Shown here: positions 12,511 to 22,938 of the stretch, one piece after another | Numbering within the stretch: the stretch's first letter is position 1 | Layout: every line of letters begins with the position of its first letter | Made by a program: the position numbers and the translations under genes | Notes under the pieces: model-generated | What the model was told of the DNA's origin: nothing | What the model saw: the letters and a program-made list of their open reading frames with translations, nothing else | Databases searched by the model: none | Source of the DNA: Callorhinchus milii | Taxonomy: Eukaryota | Direction of reading: 5' to 3' | DNA: 64,000 bases | Assembly: GCF_018977255.1 (NCBI RefSeq) | Contig: NW_024704953.1 | Coordinates: 1-64,000 of the forward strand

Positions 12511-12799
12511 GGCTATTGCTGTGACACCATTGTTATGATCGCTCAACAATGCAACGTTTAATTAAGCTTTTTTTATCTTCTACTTAGCCTATGATCAGGG
12601 GAATGTTTAGCAGAGAATCAGGTGTCAGATTGTGCCGTTAAATCAGTGGATTTACAGATGAGGCAAATGGAAAGTTTCCCTTCTGTAAATGCCGATACGT
12701 TAACATCGCTGTTGGAGGAGGTTCAGTCTCTGATTTGTTGCCAATATCAGTTTCCCTCTCAGTCTGTGAGCTGCTCATTGAAGCAAAGTACTCTCTCTC

Positions 12800-12911
12800 T
12801 CTCTATCTATCTATCTATCGCTCTCTCTCTCTCTGTTTTTTTTTGTTTGTTTCTCTCTTTCTTTCTTACTTTCTGTCATTCTTTCTTTCTGTTATTCTTT
12901 CTTTCTGTCAT

Positions 12912-12946
<35 letters not shown>

Positions 12947-13020
12947 CTCCTTCTTTACGTATCCTCTTCTTTATCTCTTTCACCCTTTCCTTCTCTCTAA
13001 ATCGCTTTTCTTTCTTTCTT
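12800..13020. repeat. (TCTT)n/(TC)n microsatellite
   Basis: Read directly; the paralogous positions in cassettes B (N gap 37989-38296) and C (48.1-48.3 kb) are also purine/pyrimidine tracts. Confidence 0.9.
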
Positions 13021-13159
13021 CAACTTTCATATCTTACATAAACAGAAATCGATGCGTAGCAGCAAGCTTGATATTAACTTTTATACGTTTATTAAACACT
13101 CAGCATGTATAAAGTGGGTTAACTTTTCACATTAAATCGGAACTGGGGGACAAAGAAAC

Positions 13160-13670
13160 AACAACAACGATATTGCACTTATTGAGCGCCTTTCACGTCG
13201 GGAGGACGTCCCAAGGCGCTGGACCAAGTTGGGTAAGGACCCGAGCAAGGAGGAGAAATGGTCAGTGTGAGGGGAGGGAATGGATGGAGCGAGGAGGTGG
13301 AAATGGTCAGGGTGAGGGGAGGGAATGGAGGCAGCGAGGAGGGGTTAGAGAGTCGAGAGGGGAGCTGACGGCAATGTGAAAGAGAAAGGTCTTCAGACCG
13401 GCCTTGAAGGAGGAAAGGGAGGAAGCGCCGAAGGCACTGGGGATGGAGTTCCAGAGCCTCGGGGCTGAGAGGCTGAAGGCCCGACCACCGATGGTAGGGC
13501 GGTTGGGGCGGGGGATGTGGAGCAGACCTGAGCCAGAAGAACGGAGGGTACGGGCAGGTATGTCGAGGGACAGTAGGTCGGAGAGGTAGGAGGGAGCGAG
13601 GCCGTGAATGGCCTTGTAGGCGAGGATGAGGATCTTGAATTCGATCCTCTGGGGCACGGGAGAAGTTTGT
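13160..13670 (-). mobile_element. L2-clade LINE 3' fragment in the J-to-supporting-V intron of cassette A
   Basis: ORF 13307-13849 contains RIEFKILILAYKAIHGLAPSYLSDLL…RTLRSS…GGRAFSLSAPRLWNSIP…FKAGLKTFLF, the L2 RT C-terminus. The 3' tail has (TTG)n. Confidence 0.85.
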
Positions 13671-14088
13671 ATAATATTACACATTGGAGCCAGTTCAGTT
13701 CGAAAGAAACCCCACTTCTTGGGAGAATTGAGGAGGATAGGGATTTTTATCATTTCCTTTGACCCAAGATATCTTGCTTCAAGTAAACACCGGAATTTAC
13801 AGTCAACATTTCCTCCGGGTATATCTCTTTGGAACCAATATCCAGACAAAGTTAGTGACTTTACAAAACATAAAATAAAAGCTGATCATTTCAGAAACAC
13901 GCTTCATATTTGGAGCTCAGTAATCCTTTTTGCAACACAGAATGCATTTTTCTTCATAATTGCTAATATCGGTTGTAGGAAAGGCTCAGTTGTAAATAAT
14001 TGGGAGCTGTCGTTCAGAATAATACACTTTACAAATTGACTTGAATAAAGTTTCATTTTAGTACGAAAGAAGTTTTTTTCTCACTTAC

Positions 14089-14144
14089 TTTCAGTTACAG
14101 TTAAATTGGTTCCTGATCCATCTTCTGTGTATTCATCGCAATAC
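14089..14144 (-). other. NAR-TCR J segment, cassette A
   Basis: 5' RSS AGGTTTTGC-23-GACTGTG. Coding YCDEYTEDGSGTNLTVTE+A, then GTAAGT; phase 1 is compatible with the supporting V exon. Confidence 0.88.
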
Positions 14145-14521
14145 CACAGTCACACAACTCTCATCCTACACAGTGCAAAACCTGTTGTATCAGATCATGG
14201 TTTAATACTGTCACAAATAAAACAGATGTTGACAAATGGGTCAATAATTTCGATTTGATCAACACTTTCCGAACTTCAGACTTTTTATTTGTCCATATCA
14301 TGTTTCTATTCATTGTTTCCACCCAAATACTGACGAAAATGACGGCCCAGAGAACAGTTTTGGGCAAAATTTATACAAAATGTCAGTTTGAAATAAATAA
14401 TATTGAAAGCAAGCTTTCGACATATTAAGCAGCATAAAATAGGCACAATTTTCAGTGATCACGTCTCATGTATTTTCATGAAAATAGCTGTGCGGTATTT
14501 GTGCCGTTGTTTTGCACTGTG

Positions 14522-14537
14522 ACTCTCCCAAACACAG
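14522..14537 (-). other. NAR-TCR D segment, cassette A (12-D-12)
   Basis: GGTTTTTAT-12-TACTGTG [CTGTGTTTGGGAGAGT] CACAGTG-12-ACAAATACC. Confidence 0.9.
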
Positions 14538-14879
14538 CACAGTATTTAATGTCAACATAAAAACCAATGGTTTGATCAACAATTGATATGTGTTCTGCAA
14601 TTTAAAATCAACCAATCAATGACATAACGTGTAAAATTCTTTTGAATATTGTCCCAGTAGGACTTTGTATGCCTCAGCAATAAATTGTTATTGATACGAA
14701 ATCAAGCAGAATTCTTCGACAGATTCGTAATCATTTTTCCTAAGTATTCACAATAATGGTCGTCTCTTAAAGGAAGTGATATTAAACATCACCGCATGTC
14801 TCACACCAATGAGGAATGCGCATTGAACTCATTGACAAGTTCACATTCTCTGTGTTTTAACGGCGAGTTGGTGAATGGG

Positions 14880-17800
14880 CTTTTTGTATTGTTGGAAGCC
14901 CAGATACAGCATTGTGAACCTTCACCAAAGCTTAAAGCGTGCCAGCAATATCGAGCCTTACAGTAATAGTCAGCGCTGTCTTCAACTTGCAAATCATTAA
15001 TTTCCATAGAAGATGACCACGATTCCATGTCTGTCTTTACAACAAACCGTCCTTCACGAGGGATGGGCTTCCAATCTCTTTCATTTGGAAACCGCCTATA
15101 AAACTCCATAATTTTGAATACGCTTTGATAACTTGCTGAGAAGACACAGTTGATGGTTAAAGACTCGCATTCTTGTCTTCTAACAGGAGACGGTGTCTGC
15201 GTTACTTTAGCGCTGAAAACATCTGAAAATTATTCACAATATTACATCAGTTTAACAGATCTTCAAATTTGACCACTTCTATTGCAAATCCATTGCAAGC
15301 ATTGGCTTGTTTTCCCTTGATATCAGCAAATATAATATAATCATAATTATGTAATATAATTATAATATTAATTAGTCATATCATTGTAATGTATAACGAA
15401 ATTAAAGCAAAATAATTGACTGCCGCGTTTCGCCCACAAAATACAAAGTTATTTCAGTACACAAACCAATGTTTGAAGCGACCTGAGACGTCCCATCCAC
15501 ATCTTAACGCTATACATCAATTACACGGATTATTTATATTGTGCAAATATAGTATTGATGACATTCACTGCTGCAGTGTAGTGCTGTGTTATGGAAACAA
15601 CCACTTACATTGTAAGAAGAGGAAGGAGATGGAGACACAGAGGAGAGACATTCTCTCACCGCTGGGAGTTACCGTCAGCCCCGGACACCTCAGAGTGACT
15701 GTGAGTAACACAGGGCTGTTCTGTAAGAGCGTTGGAGACTTGGTTTATTTGTGATGAACAGCGTCACATCATGGCTGGTGTCAGCGGCTTTGAAGGGTGG
15801 GCGGGGGCTGGTTTGGGTGTGGAGGGGAAGAATATACATGAGGAAAGGGACTGACTCACTGTGCCCGAGAGCAGTGGGCAGAGAGGGCGATTTGGGAATA
15901 ACTATTCGAGTCTCATTTAGGTTTAAATAGACAATTGACGGGGAAGCCAACGAGATGGAGTATAATCTGACACTGTGAGAGGGACAAAGGCTGTTTGGTG
16001 TAGAGAGGGCTTTACTGGGAATTGGGAAAGGTACATAAAGAAACTACTTACACACCTTTGACTTGAAGAGAGTCCTGTTACAGTGACCAGCAGCAGGATG
16101 GGGAAGCCGGTCAAGGCAGCAGAGAGTTAGTGAGATATGGGTGATGATGGATGGGAAGGTGTAGGGAGAAATTGGAGTAAAGGAGTATGGCATGCGGTGG
16201 TTTTATAATTCATGGGAATAGAGGGGGTGACAAAGGGATGATGGAGGAGGAAGAGAAGGCAGCGAACATGATGGTCACTTTTCAGCGTATCATGGGAAGG
16301 AGTTTTTCACGACTTAACGATATGGTAATGCACTGTATTATTATACAAGCAATACTATTAATTCCTGACTGTCTGTCTCTATTTCCGTGTGTCTGTGTAT
16401 CTGTATGTGTGAGTGTGTGTGTGTGTGTCTGTCTGTCTGTCTCTGGCTGTGAGACTGTGTGTGTTTCCCTCTCACTCTCCCTCTCTTTCTCTCTCTCTCA
16501 ATCTCTCTAGCTGTGTTTCTTTGAATCGTTAGTAAAGCTTCCTTGCTGCACACACATACGCCTCTGTTTAATGTTAAGTGCAACCCGCTTGTTTTTCGAA
16601 TGTTTAACCTCTTTCCAGCGGTAAAACATCTCTGCCATATAATAATAATAATTGAATTAGTAATCCATCACTAAATATGGGACGCCGCCTCTTTTAGGCG
16701 AAACGTGCCAATGGTTTCGCCTAAAAAACAGTCTCGACGCTTTACAGTATATTTGTGAAGTGTTTGGTGGCGTCTCGTTGACGTGATGGGGCGCTGTATA
16801 AAATGCAAAGATTGTTAGTTTTGTTTATTCTTTTCAGAAATATCATTGGTCTTGAGCATTGTGGTGATTTAGCGGTGTGAGGAGAGCTGATCACTTTGGA
16901 ATAAGAAGTTTGGGATTATTTTTTGACTTGAACGATGGACTGGGAGAGCAAAGCAGTTTTGGGATGTGTGTGAGGGAGAGGCGGTAGGTTGATCATGTTG
17001 GAGTCCACTGTCATCTTATAAGCCTTATAATCCTTGCATTGTATATGGATCCTTGTCACGACGCGAAGAGATTCAAAAAATATACTGAAGAGTTGATTGA
17101 TATTATATTTTCTTGGAAAAATAAATCATCCAATTGTGCACAGCAGTATCCCAAAAACAATCGCAGATTGAGCGATCGAATTAATATTTTACTCATTTAT
17201 TTATTTTCTTGCTTAAAAAAATCAATGCATGTGTTTTCTTTTTTAATTAAACATAGTTTTAATTATCTACGAATCGAGTAACAAGTGGGCTCCTACTTAT
17301 TTTTAGGTAAACAAAGAGACGTGTGAATTAAGGTCAATTGCCTAAATTCCAACCAGGAATCGAACCAGCTCCTCTCACTACTGATATATTGCTCTAACCA
17401 CTAAGTAAAGACAACACGTTGCGTGCAGTGCTCAGCACTAATAAGGTTTCCTACTGATGCGAAAACTGCTGCATAAAAATGAGATTTTTGTATTGTTAAA
17501 CATCGACATCTATTGGCATTTCAGGAGAATGTCAGGAGTTGAAGTATCAAACCTAAAATCTTGGTTAGAATTACCAGAGTGTGCATTGTGGACTGTACAC
17601 CATTAATATGAATATTCAGATTAAAACCCTCCACTTCAACAGCGCCTTCATCAACCTCTACTTAAGATATCTTTCCTCCACGAATTCCCCCCACCATAAC
17701 AGGACTTGTTTAAATAGATCACCTGTCAGACGAACATCTGTGCTGAGATCAAACCTTCTCTCTCCTCTTGAGTGATTTAGTTACAGTGGTGTAGTCTGTC

Positions 17801-18200
17801 AATAACACGGAGAAATAATAATAATATTCCTTGCATTTGATACAGCGACTGATCACATTTGCCAGAAGTCTCAAAGCGCTTCAAAGGATACGCTGCAAAA
17901 TCGAGTGACTGTATATGTTGTGGATGAAACGCAGCAGCCAACGGCACTCATCGAAGTCCCTCAAACTGTCGTGGATTGAGATGAACAATTTATTATTATT
18001 ATTTTTTAAAAGTATCATTACCCCAGAAAAAGCGATCCGCCAATCGACAACCAACCGCTTTCCTACTAACTGTGTTTTGCCCGATTGGGAATCAAACATA
18101 AATCCAGTCGATTGCGAGGCGAGTGCTCTAACATCTAAGCTACAGGACTTGAATGGATTGAAATTGTCTTTGCAAGAACTTTTCGTTTATATGTAAAACA
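14880..18200 (-). repeat. Left arm of a near-identical inverted segmental duplication (partner ~33370-36660)
   Basis: Long exact matches in reverse complement, e.g. the duplicated ORFs MACGGFIIHGNR… (16187 + / 34866 -) and MDPCHDAKRF… (17039 + / 34222 -). Confidence 0.9.
14917..15651 (-). CDS. NAR-TCR V gene, cassette A (IgNAR-like V, open)
   Basis: Leader 15651-15609 MSLLCVSISFLFLQ. V exon 15222-14917 reads YVFSAKVTQTPSPVRRQECESLTINCVFSASYQSVFKIMEFYRRFPNERDWKPIPREGRFVVKTDMESWSSSMEINDLQVEDSADYYCKARYCWHALSFGEG. It has VNAR hallmarks (SLTINCV, CDR2 deletion, INDLxVEDS). RSS CACAATG-22-ACAAAAAGC. Confidence 0.92.
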
Positions 18201-18286
18201 ACGAAAGCAGAGTTCTTTGGGGTAACATTGTGCCTGAAGGTTAGTTGGGTTTGTGTACAGGGAAGTCATTGCCTTGCAGCACTGTG

Positions 18287-19194
18287 CATCTGATCTTAAG
18301 CCACAATAGTACGTGGCAGAGTCAGTGACAATGACACTGAGAATGATTAATGTGGTTTGTTCCTGATTCTTGTCCAGATGTGAAGTGAAACGGCCTTTGG
18401 CGTAATCTGCAGTGTTGTCTACCCCATTGGTATGTCTGTAGAGAATGTATTGTGGAGCGAGGCCTGGGTGATGTCTGTACCAGTACAGAGCAGCATAGTT
18501 CGAGCTGGTGGTATATGAGCAGCTCAGACTCACTGTGCCTCCCTCTTGTTTGCTCAGCCCCGTTGTTTGCTGTCTGACTGGATCTCCCAGCACCACATCT
18601 GCAACGAGAGGAAAGGATCAACTTGAAACATGGCTCCATATTACTCCTGTAGTCCAGTGGACAGTGCACTCGCCTCGAAGGGAATGCGACTCGGGTTTTA
18701 TTCCCTGGAAGGACAGGGATAAACTTTGGGAAGTTTCCTATCTATACATACGCCTTTGTTTACCGAGCAGTAAGTAGAAACCCAGTTGTTAATCGATTGG
18801 CTAAATAAAGTGTGGTCACTCAATCCACGACTGTCTGTGGGGAAAATGCTGAGCGAATTAAGATGCCACTTTTCGAACACGAAATACGGAATCACTATGC
18901 TGTCAAGTATATGCTTTCAAGTGGCTCGAAATACCTCCAAAAGGGGAAAAGTCGCTATATCGAATGCAAGGGCTATTAATATTATTATTATTATTAATAT
19001 TACGCTTCCGCAACTAATAATTTGACTACTAACCCACTTTGGGAGACAAAACCAAGAATGCTAAACACCTTGAGACTTCCTCCAGATGAGACAGTCTCCA
19101 TATAAATATTAATCTGTATTATATGCTACACAGCCTCACCTGACATAAAGCTCAACAGGAGAAGGTAATCCATGAACAGTCGCATTGTCGCCAT
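18287..19194 (-). CDS. TCR alpha/delta V gene, apparently functional
   Basis: Leader 19194-19140 MATMRLFMDYLLLLSFMS+G/GTGAGG. V exon 18598-18287 DVVLGDPVRQQTT…SLSCSY…WYRHHPG…DSATYYCGLRSD. RSS CACAGTG-23-ACACAAACC. Confidence 0.9.
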
Positions 19195-20299
19195 TCAGCA
19201 AGAAGCCTTTCCCACCAGAGTTTGACGATGGAAAGTGTTTACCAAAGGTGACGAGTTTCAGCATCACATCCGTGATCCCACAGCAGTGTTTCCTTGACAA
19301 GTTTACTTGACTTGTTGTCAGGCTAATAACTATGGGCGTTGGACTACACTCAATTACATGTTCAGTGACTTTATCTCCACCAAGTTGAAGACAATATTGC
19401 TGTGAATAAAGTTTTGGTGAGAAAGAATCAAACTAATCCTTGCATTATTTAGAGCTTCATTGAGGCAACAATTACAACAACAAATTACATTACGCCGCGA
19501 TTTTCACAAATCGCTTTACAATGAAGGCTTTTGCGCTGCATCTGCAGTTTAGGATGAGAGAGGGGCGGAGAGCATGGAGAGGGGAAGAGTGGTGATCACT
19601 TAAGACACGGATGAAACCGGTGGTCTTGAAATGGAGGCGAGAGGACCGAGAAATTTTATTAGATGCTTTAGATCCTCTTCCACCATTAAATTCTACCAAT
19701 GTCACTACCGCCCACCCTCATCGAATGGTACAAATATTACCCACCCGGACACTGACTTCGCTCTGTCAGGATATCGCTGTTGTTTCGAGTCGTTCCGTGG
19801 GATCTTTATTATCCAACTGAACATTCAAGGTTTGAGTGATCAACATTAATTTGAAGGGATTATTACCTCTTGGAAAAGCGACCCGTTGATCGATTTACAA
19901 TCGGGTCCTTAGTCACTCCGGTAAACAAAAGCCTGTTTGAGGATCGATGAAACTTGCCTAAGGTCTCACCAGGCTCGAGATCGAACCCGGGTCCTCTAGT
20001 TTGGGAGTCGAGAATTATTTCCACTCCGCCACAGGGTTCCGTTTCAGTAATAAAACAAAAGAAACATGATTTCTTTTATTACAATCCAAATGAAAGTAAA
20101 TCAATAGCAGCTGGAGGTCTAATACCTAACTCAAGCATGCATTGTGTTCTGCATTTATTGTAACATATAATGGGTGAAACTTTAGCTGACAATTTGGTGT
20201 GAGGTTATGTGGTTTCCTCTGAGTCTGGCTGCAGGAGATCATCCCTGTGTAAACAGTGAAGGCAGTTTTGTACGAGTCTGCGTGCAGTCTATCACTGTG

Positions 20300-21279
20300 G
20301 TGAGACTTAAGGCACAGTAATACACAGCGCTGTCAGACACCACCAGCTCTGAGATGGATAAACTGGTGGATGAATTGGATGTCTGTAGCTGAGCAGAGAA
20401 ACGAATTCCAAATCCTGTTCCTTTACTTGATGTCATTCCCAGAATATCTCCAAATTATAAACTCCGGCTGTTTGTCTGGGTAATGTCGGTACCAATAGAG
20501 AATGTAATACTTTCAGTCGTGGAATAAGTACATTGCAAAATCGCAATTTCTCCTTCTTTCTTAACCATCTGGCAGCTTTCTGACTGACGGAATCACCACA
20601 CAGAGTTCTGTAATAAACATGGAAGAGCAGAACATATTATTCACTCGGTGCCTGAGTTATTTTTTGAGCGCATTTGAACGTCCTCCCGACGAGAAATGGC
20701 TATACATAAGTCCATGTTAACAATGAATTATACCATTCAATGTATTTTATATAAAGCATTATCACATTGTTGGGAGGTCTTGATACGCTTCACAGAATTT
20801 GCTGTCGAGTTAAGTGCTGTGTATTTTGGGGGGAGAAACCCGATAGCCAATTTCGCACAGCAGTGCCTAAAATAAAACAGTGCTGGAATGTATTACCAAA
20901 TAGTTATTTTTTAAAAAAGATTATTTTCCTTGGAATATAGATCAGACAAACCACTAAACACGTTTTTGAATTGAGTTATTATTTGAAAAGTTATTACCTC
21001 CGAGTTACAAATCAGGGGGGATTCTACTTACTGCTGTTTAAACAGAGGCATGTGTGTGCTTGAGCAGAGAGAAAACAAGCTTATGTATTCATCCTGCCCG
21101 GGAAACGAATCCCTGTCATCTCGCTTGCGAGGCGAGAACTCTAACCACTGAACTAAAGGTTTCCCTCCACCAGTTGTTGTTGAAATGCAGTTGACAGTCA
21201 GCATCGACATGAATTAGCTCAACGCTGCCTCACCTGACATGAAGGTTCCCAGCACAAGACAGACAGCAAACAGCCTCAT
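20300..21279 (-). pseudogene. TCR V (family 1) with multiple 1-nt deletions; pseudogene or assembly error
   Basis: Leader 21279-21234 is intact. V exon 20607-20300 has several single-base deletions relative to its paralogs at 7.0 and 42.9 kb. The RSS spacer is 21 nt with a shortened nonamer. Confidence 0.75.
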
Positions 21280-21965
21280 TGCTGCTCTTCAGTCTGTGTG
21301 GTTGTGTCTGTGCCACCAGTTTGCTGATAACCCGCAGTGATTGTCGGCTTTGGCGGAGCCACAGTCTCACGTCACGTCAATGGCATCTTAGCCGCGTTTC
21401 AACACAACAAACAATTGCTTTTATACAGTGGCTTTCACCAGGCACTGGGGGCAAGGAACCACTCAGCTCCTGGTAACTCTGCAAGCAAAAGCTTCGATGT
21501 AGGGACACACCAAATTTTCCAGGTATCTCAAAGCGCTTCACAGCATCTGTGATCAGGTGCAGTGACTCTATATTTTGTGAGCGAGATGCGGCAGATTATT
21601 TTATTGAAGGTATTATTATCGGCGGAAAAGCAATTCCCAAATCAGGTTCCTACCTACTGATAAGTAAACATTGGCGTGTACAGTTAGGAGGCTTGCCCAA
21701 CATTTCTCCCTGCCGAGAGTCGAACCCACCTCTCGATTGCGATGCATGTATTTTCACCACGGTTATGGCAAGAATATGTCATCGTGGGATCAATTAATTG
21801 TTTGTGTTACAATCAGAATTGCTGTTAATGTTATGTTCTCTTTGTGTCTTTTTCTCGTCTCCTTTCCCACAGGAAATCGCTGCTGCGGCCAAGAAAGACA
21901 GAAGCACAAACCCACTAAAGGCTGTTAGTTTTTGAACGAGTCTCTGACTGGTACCCATCACTGTG

Positions 21966-22819
21966 TGTTGGAGAGCACAGTAATACACAGCGCTGTCAGA
22001 CAGCTCCAACAGGGAGATGGTTAAACTGCTAAATTTTTTCGAGATTTGGAGCTCAATAGAGAACCGCTTTTTAGCAAAATCTGCTTTATATGTACTACAA
22101 CCGGAATGCTGTTGAAGCACATACTGTGGTTGTGTTTCTTCTTGTTCTCGATACCAGTTTAAATAGTAGTTGCTCAGAGACGTATCATAATGGCATTCCA
22201 TGGTCACACTTCCTCCTTCTTTCCCAGTCACTGTAGCCACCTTCTGTGTCAAAGAGTCTCCCTGGGTCAGGCCTGGAAGACAAGAGCGTGGAGTTCTGTA
22301 GCTCAGTGGTTAGAGCGGTTGCCTCGTAAGAGATACAACCCGGGTTCGATTCTCGGAGAGGACAGGGCACAATGTTAAGCAAGTTTCCTTAACGCACACT
22401 CCTCTGGTTAACCAACGCTAAGTAGAAATCTGTTGGTTAAACAATTAGCTGATCCCTATCCGGGAAGAATATTCCGTTCAAAAAGAAAATAAAAGACATT
22501 TTTGAAATGTAGTCAGTGAATCGTTGATTATTTGGGGGACACTACTGTGCGCAATTGGCTACCGAGTCTCCCCCGCGAAACAGAAAGTCTCTGCAGTTGA
22601 CAGTATATTACTTGAAGCGCCTTGAGACTGCTCGAAAACATATTGAAGCGCCATATAAAACGCGATTGCAATGATTATTATGTTTAATAATATGAGCAGA
22701 AAAGGAAACCGATTCAGTTACAAGATATAATTTTTTTTTAAGATTTATAATTGTTATAATAAATTACCTATTAAAATGGCAGCGAGAACCAGACACAAAC
22801 TGGTTCCCTCCAACCCCAT
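21966..22819 (-). CDS. TCR alpha/delta V gene, apparently functional
   Basis: Leader 22819-22768 MGLEGTSLCLVLAAILI+G/GTAATT. V exon 22272-21966 GLTQGDSLTQKVATVTGKEGGSVTMECHY…WYREQ…HSGC…DSAVYYCALQ. RSS CACAGTG-23-TCAAAAACT. Confidence 0.9.
22290..22460 (+). mobile_element. tRNA-derived SINE in the leader intron of the 22 kb V
   Basis: ggagttctgtagctcagtggttagagc…ggttcgattc head followed by the family body. Confidence 0.75.
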
Positions 22820-22930
22820 CACTTACTCCGCAACTGAGCTCTTGAGTGGATAAGTTATTGGTGTTGATTGGACGCTTTTGGCTTTGAATCAGGTGACACT
22901 TGATCGCGATGACCTCACTTCCTATTCAAT

Positions 22931-22938
22931 TGACGTCA
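22931..22938. promoter_or_regulatory. Palindromic CRE (TGACGTCA) ~110 nt upstream of a V leader ATG
   Basis: Exact CRE palindrome; CRE-like motifs are typical of TCR V promoters. Function is inferred. Confidence 0.5.

Noticed and set aside
14089-15651. Stand-alone IgNAR or IgH cluster
   Set aside because: No constant-domain exon follows J. The next in-phase acceptor belongs to a leaderless TCR V with its own RSS.
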